From the human T2T-CHM13v2.0 reference genome, Homo sapiens, in assembly GCF_009914755.1 (NCBI RefSeq), contig NC_060940.1: a stretch of DNA of 64,000 bases. The stretch is one strand, 5' to 3'. Under the pieces are notes generated by a model. That model ran no database searches. It saw only the letters and a list, made by a program, of their open reading frames with translations, and was not told the origin of the DNA. The translations under genes and the position numbers were made by a program. Position 1 is the stretch's first letter; every line of letters begins with the position of its first letter. Shown one piece after another: positions 26,573 to 38,863 of this stretch.

Positions 26573-28583
26573 CTAGAGAGGTGTTAAGTAACCTGCCTGA
26601 AGTCACAGAACCAGAGTTTGAATTCGTCTCCCCAGATTTCTGGAATTGCAGTCTTTTCCAGTGCTACATTGCCCCTAGATTTAGGATAAAATACAAATGA
26701 CTTATATTTTCCACTTAAAAGAAGCATTCCTTAGCATCAAACTAAAGTTAGTTCAACATATATTCCTATCAAAATAGGTTAAGTTTTTTTTTTTTTAATT
26801 TATAAGTGCTTATGAACAGGAAACGATGGGAGAATAGCTTACTTTCAATGACTGCTTTGAGCGTCTAATTTTAATCCATATATTTTCTGTAGGCCACTGT
26901 TTGTAGCTTTTAGAGTAGATTTCCCTCTCTTAAAAGTAAACTTTGTTTTACTTAGAAAACACAGAGACCTTGGAGCATAGTGATTGTTGTGTTTTTAAAT
27001 TTCATTGGTTTAATTGTCGTTTAAAAGTAAGGTTTTTTTTGTTGTTGTTGGTTTGTTTGTTTGTTTTTTTTATTAGGAAAACATTCTCTTCATCACATAG
27101 CCCTAAATCAATCAACATATTTTAAGAGAACTGAAATGGTTTTGGGGTAACTTTATTTTTGCTATTGTAGTCTTTGGAGGAAATAAATGCAAATGAAAAA
27201 ATCAGTTAAGATCAGACGATGGATGTATTTTTTTTTTCACATCCTTTCCTTTATAAGGTTAGGAACAAACAAACTTCCTAGGAACTATCCTAATATGGAT
27301 TATCATAATCTATGTTTTTACAAAAATAGTGCCAAGGAATGGAACCAATTTAAATGGCTTAGAGCATGAGACTTTTAACGTAGGACTCACCTTTTGGTGG
27401 TAGCTAACTGAAATGACATCAGATCTGTAAAGAAGTGTCCCATCATTTAAGATTTCTTCAGTTACAACCTAAAAGAAGCCATATGTTTGAAGTGTGTGCT
27501 TTGTACATTTTATGTGAAAACATGGTCCCAGCAGTCCATATTATCTTGGAACTATGCAGACTCCCGAAGCCATGCCTCCTTTTCACAGACGTAATTATTA
27601 GACTATGCATGCCAATTTTAATTCTAGAAAAACGGTCACTCTAGGTAATGTTCTTTAAGACAAACAAACAAAGGCTGCTTAATCCATGATGCTGTAGTCA
27701 TTTGTTGGCTTGTTTATTTTAATCCCCAATTTACAACAAAATGTGTTTTTTTTTTCTTACAGAGAACCCACAATCCTATTAACAGCGAACTTCTCTTGAA
27801 TGAAGGCATTACAGCAGATTTAAATCCATGCATTACAATTTTAGCAATTTAATGAACATCCTATTTGGCGACATTATTGCTTTAAAGGAATAAATCACAA
27901 ACATTTTACTTCCCACTAGCACTCGGTATTTCAAATCCATTTTCTCTACAGAATGATGTGTTTAAATAAATTGTCCTGTTGACTGAATTTTGATCACATT
28001 ATTGGGTATTTGGGATAGAAATGTGTAGACAGAGAGTCAGAAGTCATCACATCTACTGAAGGCTTTGCAGCCAAGAAATGAGGCCTCAGGCAAGTCATTT
28101 AGTATTAGGGGACTTAATTTCTTCTCAGTCCAAGGCAGGTGTTTAATTGCAACGTGTCCCAACTTGACTAGGGGAGTTTGTTCACAGAATCAAGCGAATT
28201 CCCATCCTCACCCTCACATTTGGATTTGATAAGTCTGCAGAGGGGTCCACTGGACCTCCTTGCTAACAAGCTGTGGGTGGCTCTAGCCTAGGTGCCCAGG
28301 TGCCCCATAAAGGAACCACTATGTGGTTAATACCAGAAGTCCCGTCAAGTTGGAAGCTTCTCTAACCACATCTTGGGCTGTAGTACTTGACAATTGGCTT
28401 TTCTTCAATAAAGCAAAAATACCCTCAGTTATGTCATCATTAAAATGTACATGAGCTAGAATCTTATGCCTGCCTGGTTCTGTGAGTTCAAAATAAGAGA
28501 AACTCAGGAAGGTTGAGTTGAGCCGCATGCTGAAAAGAGGGGGAGAAGAGGGGATGACTTGGAGCCAGGAAGGCTTGTGGGAC

Positions 28584-28781
28584 AGAGCTTCTTAACCTGG
28601 GGTGTTCACCCTTGGTCCCTGGATGGACTTGAGGGAGTCTCTGAATGCCTGAAATCACAGGCAAAGTGAGTGTGTGTGTGCATGTGTGTGTGTATGTGTG
28701 TGTATTTTTCTGGAGAGGGAAGGACCACAGTTTGCATAGATTTCCCATGGAGATGTTGATTGCAGGTTGGTCAGAACCATC
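28584..28781 (+). mobile_element. Charlie4z-like hAT MITE with internal (TG)n
   Basis: TTCTTAACCTGGGGT...CCTGAAAT...GCAAA.TGTGTG...ATTTTTCTGG.GAG.G...AGAACCA. Confidence 0.55.
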
Positions 28782-30980
28782 CTTCTAACTAGGTGGTGAT
28801 TTGGAGCACAGGCGTCGGGCACAGAGACCCTGACTTAGAGCCCATCTCTTCTATTAATTAGCTGCACACAGAAGCTGGATTCCCCTCCAAGCGTGCTCTA
28901 CCTGTGGCAAAGTGCTATTGTGGGACTACTTGGGAACATAGGAAAAGTGTGCATTGTCTGGTACTCAGTAATTGCTCAATAAATACCAGCTACATCCTAA
29001 CAAATATTTTATGGAGGTCCTTAAACTGAGCAAGAGCAATTTTACCTGATGCATTTTGAAAGGAAGTGATGATTAACTAATCCTTCCTGCCTCCTGCTAG
29101 TCACGCCTTACATCACCATATTGTCTCTTTCTCCTCATCTGGATCTTTCGCTAAAGACTGACAAAGAAAGCTTCCTCTGATGGCTCTGGTCTCCAGCTAA
29201 GGCCATAAACTGTGTATTGTTGAGGCTGCAGGAGAAGGTGGAAGAGTCATAATGCCAGGTTCAGACCCCTTGGTCTTCTGTCTGCCATGGGTTTGCTGTG
29301 CTCTGCTAGGGAAAATAATTCATCTTTTGAACCCCTCTGGGACATTTCTGTGAGTTTTGTTGGATGGTCATGTGTGTTCACTTTATGATCTCCACGTGAA
29401 AGGTGAAGTTCATAACTGCCACCAGTCTCTAAGCTTTGTCCTTTAAAGTCTGCGGACACTTGAAGCCCTCTGTTAGTCATGCCATGCTGTGATCAAAAGG
29501 ATTGTGTTTAAGAATGTATAGTCTAAATGCTTATTGTGATCACTAACATTTGTATAGTTCTTTGGGGTTTACCAAGTACTTTACTTGTATTTTCTCATTT
29601 AATCTTCACTTAGGACTAAAAAAGTTAGTAACACTAATGGGAATGAGCGAAAACCAAATTCAGACAGTATTAAATACACAAAATTATAAAGTAAAATGAG
29701 ACTGATTTCCCACGTCATGAGGAAAAATGTCTCTTTACTTTGTGATTCTTTTTATCACATACTTAAAGGCATTTGCATTTTTCCTTTTCTGAATTTTCTG
29801 CTTTTAGTTTTTCCTCTTGTATTAGATGTTCAGTGTAACTCACCAATTGTGGCAGTTTTCTGTTTGATTCACAGTAAAAAAGAATAAAAAATAAAAATTA
29901 AAAAAAAACTGTGACCTGCATTGTCCACCTGATTAAAATTAGTTTGGATTTTTCAGATAAGGTTCCTTCTTTTTATTATTATAAACAGACTTTATCTTAA
30001 GAGTCGGAAGAAACATTTAAGGGAACTATTCGTCTTATTTGTATTTCAACCTGATAAAAGGAAAAGGGATATAGCAAAAATTTTTAGTCGTTTGAGTGGG
30101 AAGTGCTTTATTTGAGATAAACACAAAAGGTTTTAAGTATCGTTGATATTAGTCAAACATAATAGCTTTTGGCTATTGTCTGAAGAGCTCTTGTCTGTTG
30201 ACTTGCAGACCTGTGACCTCTAGATAAAGTTTCAAAATGCAGAAAATATTTATCTTCTTGCTATGACCTTCCACGCACACGACGTGAAGCCATGGATTTG
30301 TTTCCTAGGGAACTAGTGAGTGAGGAAGATCTATAATTAAATCTGTGAGTTATATGCTACACATGGGAATTGGGTACGCACCAAGTCCTTTAGAAAAATC
30401 CCATAATATCACCATAGCCTCAACTGGTGGAATTAAACTTAATTTTTCTTCACACATTTTTAGAAAGCATCATTCAGAATCTTAATATGGGAAAGTTCTT
30501 GTGTTTCTTTCCAAAGTCAGGGTGTGTTTAGTTTGGCTTCCATTTCGCTCTGGATCCAGTGTCCCTCCCTGATGGGACGGCACCTGCCATTGCTACTCAG
30601 GTGAGTGCTTTATATGGAAGTCTTGGAAAAGCGAGTGGTAGTCTAGTCTCAGACATCAGCACGTCAGAGCTGGAAGGGATCCAAGGCAGTGTTTGGCAAA
30701 AGTTTTTTGATGTTCAAAATGTGTCCTTCAAATAAAATCTAATTTAAAAATTCACTGAGTGAAGCAGACATTAGGTGAATTGGTTTTGACTAGAAGTAAG
30801 GGAGAAAGAACCTTTTCATCACCACCCCAATCCCAAAATTCCAGAGCAAGAAGTCTCTAAGGCACCCCCGTTTCTCAACTTGAACATTAACATCTAAGCC
30901 ATAGCACTGATTGTAGAGGGGGCAGACTGAGGCTCAAGAGATGTTGCCATTGGTCAGCCATCTCATAGCCTCTAGAGGTT

Positions 30981-30982
<2 letters not shown>

Positions 30983-31026
<44 letters not shown>

Positions 31027-31035
31027 ACACACACA
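30983..31035 (+). repeat. (CA)n microsatellite
   Basis: Direct observation; one TA interruption. Confidence 0.97.
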
Positions 31036-31367
31036 ACTAGTAAAAAAAAAAAAAGTCAGAACAATGAATAGCTGTTTCCAAATCTGGCTTGAATATATTT
31101 TGTAGTAAATTTCCCCATCTAGAGGCTCATGAGGGCCAAGATTTCTCTACGGTGCTTTTATTTTTCACCTTTTGAAACCAATAATCAGCCTCTTACATTA
31201 ACTCTAAAAAGTAAAACTCTGTCGACTCTTTGCTTTCAATGGGATTGTCCTCCCCGTATCATTCCTCAACCAACAGAGGGACTCTATGAGAGGGAAGCAG
31301 AACCTCAGGACTACCAGAGAAGAGATATTTCACAGATACCAAGGCTTGACGTAGATGTGAGGCCAGG

Positions 31368-31745
<378 letters not shown>

Positions 31746-31777
31746 TTAGCTCATTTAGTGTTTGTGATGTCTAAGCC

Positions 31778-31815
31778 GTGTGTGTGTGTGTGTGTGTGTG
31801 TGCGTGTGTGTGTGT
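31778..31815 (+). repeat. (TG)n microsatellite
   Basis: Direct observation. Confidence 0.95.
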
Positions 31816-32975
31816 AGTAGCAGCTTATTTTTTTTCTATTTCTCTTTGATTTTTTAAATACACACTTATAAGTGTACATGTGTGGTGTGTGGGTATATAT
31901 ACACTTTCCTCTATCTTTCTGATATACCTATCTATATATTTATGATCTTCCCACCAACCTGGTAAGGCCGATACTACTACTATCCCTATTTTATATATAA
32001 AGAAACTGAGGCACAGAATCCTAAGGGTCCTACAGCTGGTCGTGGCAGCACTGAGATTTGTATCCAAGCAGCCTGGCTTCCAAGTCTGTGCTCTTTGCTG
32101 GTCTACATTCATACCCCATCTTTTATTTTTCTTTTTGAAGTATACGCTATGGGGCTTTGAGCAAAACTTCTGATGTGAAAAAGAAATAAGAATAATAACT
32201 CCAAAGATTTTTGCTATGAGGATAAAGCACCTGACCTACTGCACCTTGTAATTTCTGGCAACTAATAATTTCTCAGTAAGTTTCTGTGTTGCTGTAAAAA
32301 TTGTCAACCATGTACACAAACAGATCTTTAAAAAAAATTGAGACAAATTAAAGTGAAAGACTTCAAAATCAGTTTGTCACATTTGATGCTAAACGCTATA
32401 TTTTCTCTGAGAATTTTAAATTGTGCAGGTAATTTCTCACCACGGTAAGTCATGATTTTTCATACTTGAACAGTATCACTTCATCTAAGGAATTTTCCCC
32501 AGTGCAGTACACTCCCACCCATGCCTCTGAAAACGTCTAATCTGTTTCTCCTACTTACCTGTTGGTCCAATTCATTTCTGGAAATGTTCTGCAGGTTATC
32601 ATAACGAGAACAGGAGTGATCTATGGAATAAACAGGCACTGTTGTTTGAATTAATTACCAGGAACAGAATCATAAGTGGTGACAACTTACAACAGCTCAT
32701 TCCACATTCTCCTGCCACTGATGGATAGATTTATGCATTTGAAACATTTTTTACTGATTGCCTGCCCATCTCCTGTTCACATACTCCCTGAGAACCTCTA
32801 TGTCTTATCCATGGAGTATGTCCGAAAACCAATTATCATCCCCTTTTTGTTTCTGTATTGTCTAATGGAAGAAAAGAAATTATACCTTAGAGGAGATATT
32901 TTCCTGATAAACAGCATTTAGTCATTTAGTCATTAAATTAGCTCTTTTAAAATTGTATTATTTTTAAAGGCATCT

Positions 32976-33331
32976 TTTTATTTTATTTTATTTTATTTTA
33001 TTTTATTTTATTTTATTTTATTTTATTTTATTTTATTTTATTTTATTTGAGACAGAATCTCACTATGTCACCAGGCTGGAGTGCAGTGGCGTGATCTCGG
33101 ATCACTGCAGCCAACCTCCGCCTCCTGGGTTCAAGCAATTCTCCCGACTCAGCCTCCTGAGTAGCTGGGACTACGGGCACATACCACCATGCCAAGCTAA
33201 TTTTTGTACTTTTAGTAGAGATGGGGTTTCACCATATTGGCCAGGAGGGTCTCAATCTCTTGACCTTTTGATCCACCCGCCTCGGCCTCCCAAAGTGCTG
33301 GGATTACAGGCCTGAGCCACAGCGCCCGGCC
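32976..33331 (-). mobile_element. AluSc with (TTTTA)~14 tail microsatellite
   Basis: Pentanucleotide tail 32976-33048; TGTCACCAGGCTGG; TSD TAA(A/T)GGCATCTT. Confidence 0.95.
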
Positions 33332-33851
33332 TAATGGCATCTTAGTCATTCGACTTTTCGAGACAGCCTTATCAGTAGCCTCTGATGCTTGAGGTTCTCT
33401 TGTGTTGCTTTTCGTTGTCATAGTATTTTTGTTGTTATTGTTTTGTTTTTCTTTCTTTTTGTTATTTGCTTTATGTTTGTATTTGTCGTACGTTGTGTTT
33501 AATCTACCCCTTCTCTGCCCAAGACTGTAGTATGTCGTCAGGGTTGAGAACCACTGGGTTAAGGAGTTACAAAAAGTTAAATTTCTCAGGGCTAATGTTG
33601 AATTCTTGCATCGGATGAGCTCATTGTAACTTAGGAAAATCAAAAGCTTGACTTGAAAGAATGAGACAAGTCAAGCTCTTGTGAGACAAGCCAACTCTTT
33701 CTCATGTGGAGGAAGAGTTCTGATGGGGAGAAGGAGCTGAAGAAGTGGTGCCCCCATTGAAGCAGGCAGCTGGGATCCCCTGTGAAGGTGGTGAAGGGCA
33801 GATGGGAGACGGAGATATTTTAATGAAAATTGTAACCTATTTTATGAATAA

Positions 33852-34164
<313 letters not shown>

Positions 34165-34535
34165 CCAAACAAAATTTAATTTAATCCTTACAACAGTCAC
34201 TCAAAGGAAGAAGGATATTTGCATTATTAGAGCACCTTCATGAGCTTGACATTTTTATGTTGCTCTTTGAATCCTCTCAAATGCCAGCTGATTTAGGTTT
34301 CATTTTTCCCGTCATCAGTGATAAAACCATGACTTGAGGCAAAGGTGACTATTCAGAACCAGGGTTTCTGATTCTACTGCCTTTTTCTACTGCTTGGATA
34401 CAGCCTGGCCTGAAGCCTCAGGGACTTTAGGATGTAGATTGGCAGGGGAAATCCCAGGCAGGGGTGTTTTTTGATGGGAGAAGCTGTTTGCAACCCGCAG
34501 CTCTGGAGTGACTCAGAGAGAGAAATGACTAATTT

Positions 34536-35270
34536 CTCCATTCAGCAAAAATGCATTGAGCTCCAGCTACATGATGAGGACTGCTGTAAATTCCGTGGAC
34601 ACAGCAGTGAACAGAACAGACCAAGCCCTGTCCTAGAGTCCACCTGCTAGTAAGGGAACCTGACAAATCAAAAGTTAATAAAATACATGGTGTGTCAGTT
34701 GCTATGATAGGTCCTGATAGGGGCTATGGAGGTCAATGGCTAGAGATGAGAGTAGGTTGCAGTTTTCAACAGGGAGGCCCTCAGTGAGAACTGATGAACT
34801 GGGATGAGTGCAGGGATGCATCTATCTGGGGGCTGAGCATCCTCGATAAAAGGAACTATGAGTGCAAAAGCTGGGGGCAGTAGTGTGTCCAGAATATTCT
34901 AGAAACTGTAGGAAGGCTGGTATGGCTGAAGCAGAGGGAGCAAGGGAATGTTAGATAGGAGAAAAGCTGTGACCAGATCACAGAAGGTCTTGGAGCCCAC
35001 CATGAGGACTTTGGCCTTTATTCTAATTGAGTGGGAAAGCCACTGGTGGGCTTTGGTGAAGACAGATGTGATCTGGCTTATGTCTTTATTGAATGGCTCT
35101 GGCTGACGGATGGAGAATAGAATAGAGTGTGGATGGGGCAAGGGTAGGAACAGCTGCAATCACTCAGGCTCTAGAAGCAATGGGGGCTTGGCCCAGAGCA
35201 ATGGTGGTGGAAGGGGAGAGGCGTGGTTATGGCCGTATTCTGGATATAATTTGAAAAGATTTGTCGGGGG
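34536..35270 (-). mobile_element. L2a fragment (3' end)
   Basis: CATTCAGCAAA..ATTGAGC...GGACACAGCAGTGAACA...GAGGACTTTGGC.TTTATTCT...GATGTGATCTG. Confidence 0.8.
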
Positions 35271-36372
35271 AAGTGAGGATTTTAGCTCTGTTTTATTGAG
35301 TGTGGTTGCCTGCAAACCAGGCTCTGCGCCTCTCTGAACTGTCATGCATTCTTTTTGAGTCCTCTTGGTGGTTTTGTAAAGAAGCCAGCCTCGCTGCCCA
35401 TCTCCCAGAGGGGGGAAACTGAAGCTCAGAGACATTCAGGGATTTGCTTAAAGCCCCATGCCAGGCGTTGGCCATGGTCCTGGCTCCCAAACCTGTCCTT
35501 TTTCTACTGTAACAGGCTGCCTCCCCTCCAAAGTCTGCAGGAAATTTAAGCCTCCTGGAATTTCTTATTGTATCAGCATGAATATTATTAAGTTTCCTAT
35601 AAACTCAAATTTTGTGTATTTAAAAAGACTATGAATCTTTCTTTTTAGAAATTGAGGTGGTTAGGATTAATGACCAACCATAAAATTTTATAAGCAATTA
35701 TTACGGTTTACTGTACCTTCTTCAGCTGCTTGTCGCCTTGCCTTCTTTTCTTTCTCCTGTAGTCGGGGTGAGTTTTCACATCACTGACAAAGATATTGGG
35801 CTGGGAAGAGGCACGCTTGGAGTGAGACCCTTCAGGAAGCCTCTGTTTTTAACTTTAGCTGTGACACTGGGATCTCAGTCATGGAAGTTCACTGACATCT
35901 ACTCATCCTGCATTAGTAATATGGGCATGGTGCATTTTCTGTATTTATTAGCTATGTTTAACAGAATCTTTAGAAAGGAACTCGATGCCCTGTTTCAACA
36001 AAGTACATTGATTTTTTGCTTTGTGATAGATAAGGCAAAAGCGGTCACTTTGTTCGGTGTGTGCTCTCATCCTAATTTAGGGCCCCTTTCTGCCTAGAAC
36101 TCTGTAGATTCCCGCCGTCTGTGTTTTTCCATCATCCCAGACCCTCAGCTGCAAGCTCAGGCCTCCAGCCCCTCATGCACAACTGCTCCTTTAGATCAGG
36201 ATTACTTTGCCCCCAGTCTCCCTGGGACTTGCTGCAGATTTATTTCAAAGTTGTAAATCCTCTGTGGATTACCTCCTCATGCTATTCTCAACCTCTGGTT
36301 CTTTCTTTTTCTGATTGCCCCCAATATTAACAAAGTGGAGCAAAAATAACTACAGTTGCTGGAAAGTGGTAC

Positions 36373-37274
36373 TGTGTTAGTCAGAACACAGAGGTTGTAT
36401 GTGACAGATACACGTTCACATGGCTAAGGCTAAAGGGTATTCATTGACTCCCATAGTCAGGAAATCCAAAGGTGCATCTGGCTTTAGGACAGCTGGATCC
36501 AGGCCTCACACAGTTGCACTTTGTACTCTCCCTTTGCGTGGTAGCCTGATCTTCTCCTGCCACAGACACTTGGTCAAAGAAGCTGGTCACAAGCTGCATC
36601 CTTCTAGCACTGTGAATATTAAAGGCAAGAGGAATCTTCCCTCTGAGCCTGGTGTGGTTTGGCTGTGTCCCCACCTAATTCTAACCTTGAATTGTAGTTC
36701 CCATAATCCCCACACGTCACGGGAGGGACCCAATGGGAGGTAATTGAATCATGGGGGCGGCTTTTCTCATACTGTTCTCATGATAGTGAGTAAGTCTCAT
36801 GAGATCTGATGGTTTTATAAGTGGGAGTTCCCCTGCACAAGCTCTCTTGCCTGCCCCCATGTAAGACGTGACTTTGCTCCTCATTCACCTTCCGGCATGA
36901 TTGTGAGGCCTCCCCCACCATGTGGAACTGTGAGTCAATTAAACCTCTTTCCTTTATAAAGTACTAAGTCTTGGGTATGTCTTTATTAGCAGCGTGAGAA
37001 CAGACTAATACACACATCTAACAAGAATACCCCAAGGAGAATACTGTTTGGTATAACATTGGGCAAATGCCCATTGCTGTAGCCATCTCTGAGGCCAAAT
37101 AAATGGGTTCCGCTTGGCTAGAAGTACATCTCATTATGAGTGGAAGTGGGGGAATGTCATGGCACCATGATTGTGGTACAGCTGATTGTCATGGGGCAAG
37201 TGGGAGGGTTGATGTAAGAAGGGGTTGGAAAGCCTGCTGGGTAAACAAATCTATAGCTACTGTCCTTCACCATA
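36373..37274 (-). mobile_element. Old MLT1 (K-like) LTR containing a THE1C
   Basis: TGTGTTAGTCAG...GGTTG.ATGTGACAGA...GGCTTTAGG.CAGCTGGATCCAGG; boundaries approximate. Confidence 0.55.
36650..37012 (+). mobile_element. THE1C solo LTR
   Basis: TGGTGTGGTTTGGCTGTGTCCCCACC...GAACAGACTAATACA; intact TAATTGAATCA at 36741. Confidence 0.9.
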
Positions 37275-38311
37275 GTTCTACCAAAGTCAAATTGCATTTA
37301 TAGCACTGGAGTTTCACTTAAAGGGAATGCAGCACTGGGGACAGACCCTAGTATTTTTTCCAATTGTCCTTTATTTTCAGTTGCCACCATGTCTTGAGCG
37401 CCTGCCCTATGCCCCCATACTGTTCTAGGTACATATGATGGCAAAATGATGAATAACACATTGACTCTGCCCTCACAAATGCTGTTCATTAGGATGGGTC
37501 TTCCTAAATTATAGAGACTGATCAATTTACATGCCACCCTTTGATGCTAACTAAGACAATGGAGAAATAGCCCCAAGTGCTAATACTCTGTCTCTTGAAT
37601 TGAGTTATTTTTCCAAGGCAGTAAAATGTGAAGATTGCAATTAGTTAACCATTATGAAGACAAATCTTCAAATATTTTTCTCACTGTGGTGACATTTAAA
37701 ATGCTTCCTGCTCAACCAAACAGCCAATTGATTTCTTTCCCATCTTCTTATAATGGCTAATTGCTAAGCAATTGATTGAATCCTCTTTTGTTACTATGTA
37801 ATTACTAAGCTGGCCAAAACGACTCTCCCGACCATTTCTCAGTTGGCTCATTTTGGTCACCTATAGGACAGGTTTGGGGTGGGAATGTTCTTATTTGGTT
37901 AAACTTTTTGCAAATAATCAATCAAATTGCTTTATGTAGTGATTCCGAGCAAAGGTCCAACTGGCAGAAAGGCTTACATATTACTTGGATAGTTTCTTAA
38001 CCTAAACTTTGGTGAAGTTTTTGTTGTTGTTATTGTTGTTGTTTTGTCTTTGATATGGAAAGAATAAGAACCTGCCTCCTGAAATTTTGGGAAGGGTCAT
38101 ACGAGATAATACATTTTCAGTGTTTAGCACCACTGGGACAGAATAAGCCTGTAACAAATCACAAGTGTTAATAGTTTGTCTAGGCCACCTCTACTGCATG
38201 CTTATGGGAACATGGTCAACATTGTTAACTTTTGTGCCTCAGTTTCCCAATCTGTAAAGGGAGGATAATAGAGCCACTCATCATCAAATAAATTAGAGTT
38301 TATTTGATGAT

Positions 38312-38863
<552 letters not shown>

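Noticed and set aside
29780-29910. AATAAA plus A-rich run resembling a retrocopy tail
   Set aside because: No identifiable parent sequence or TSD; may be simple A-rich low complexity.
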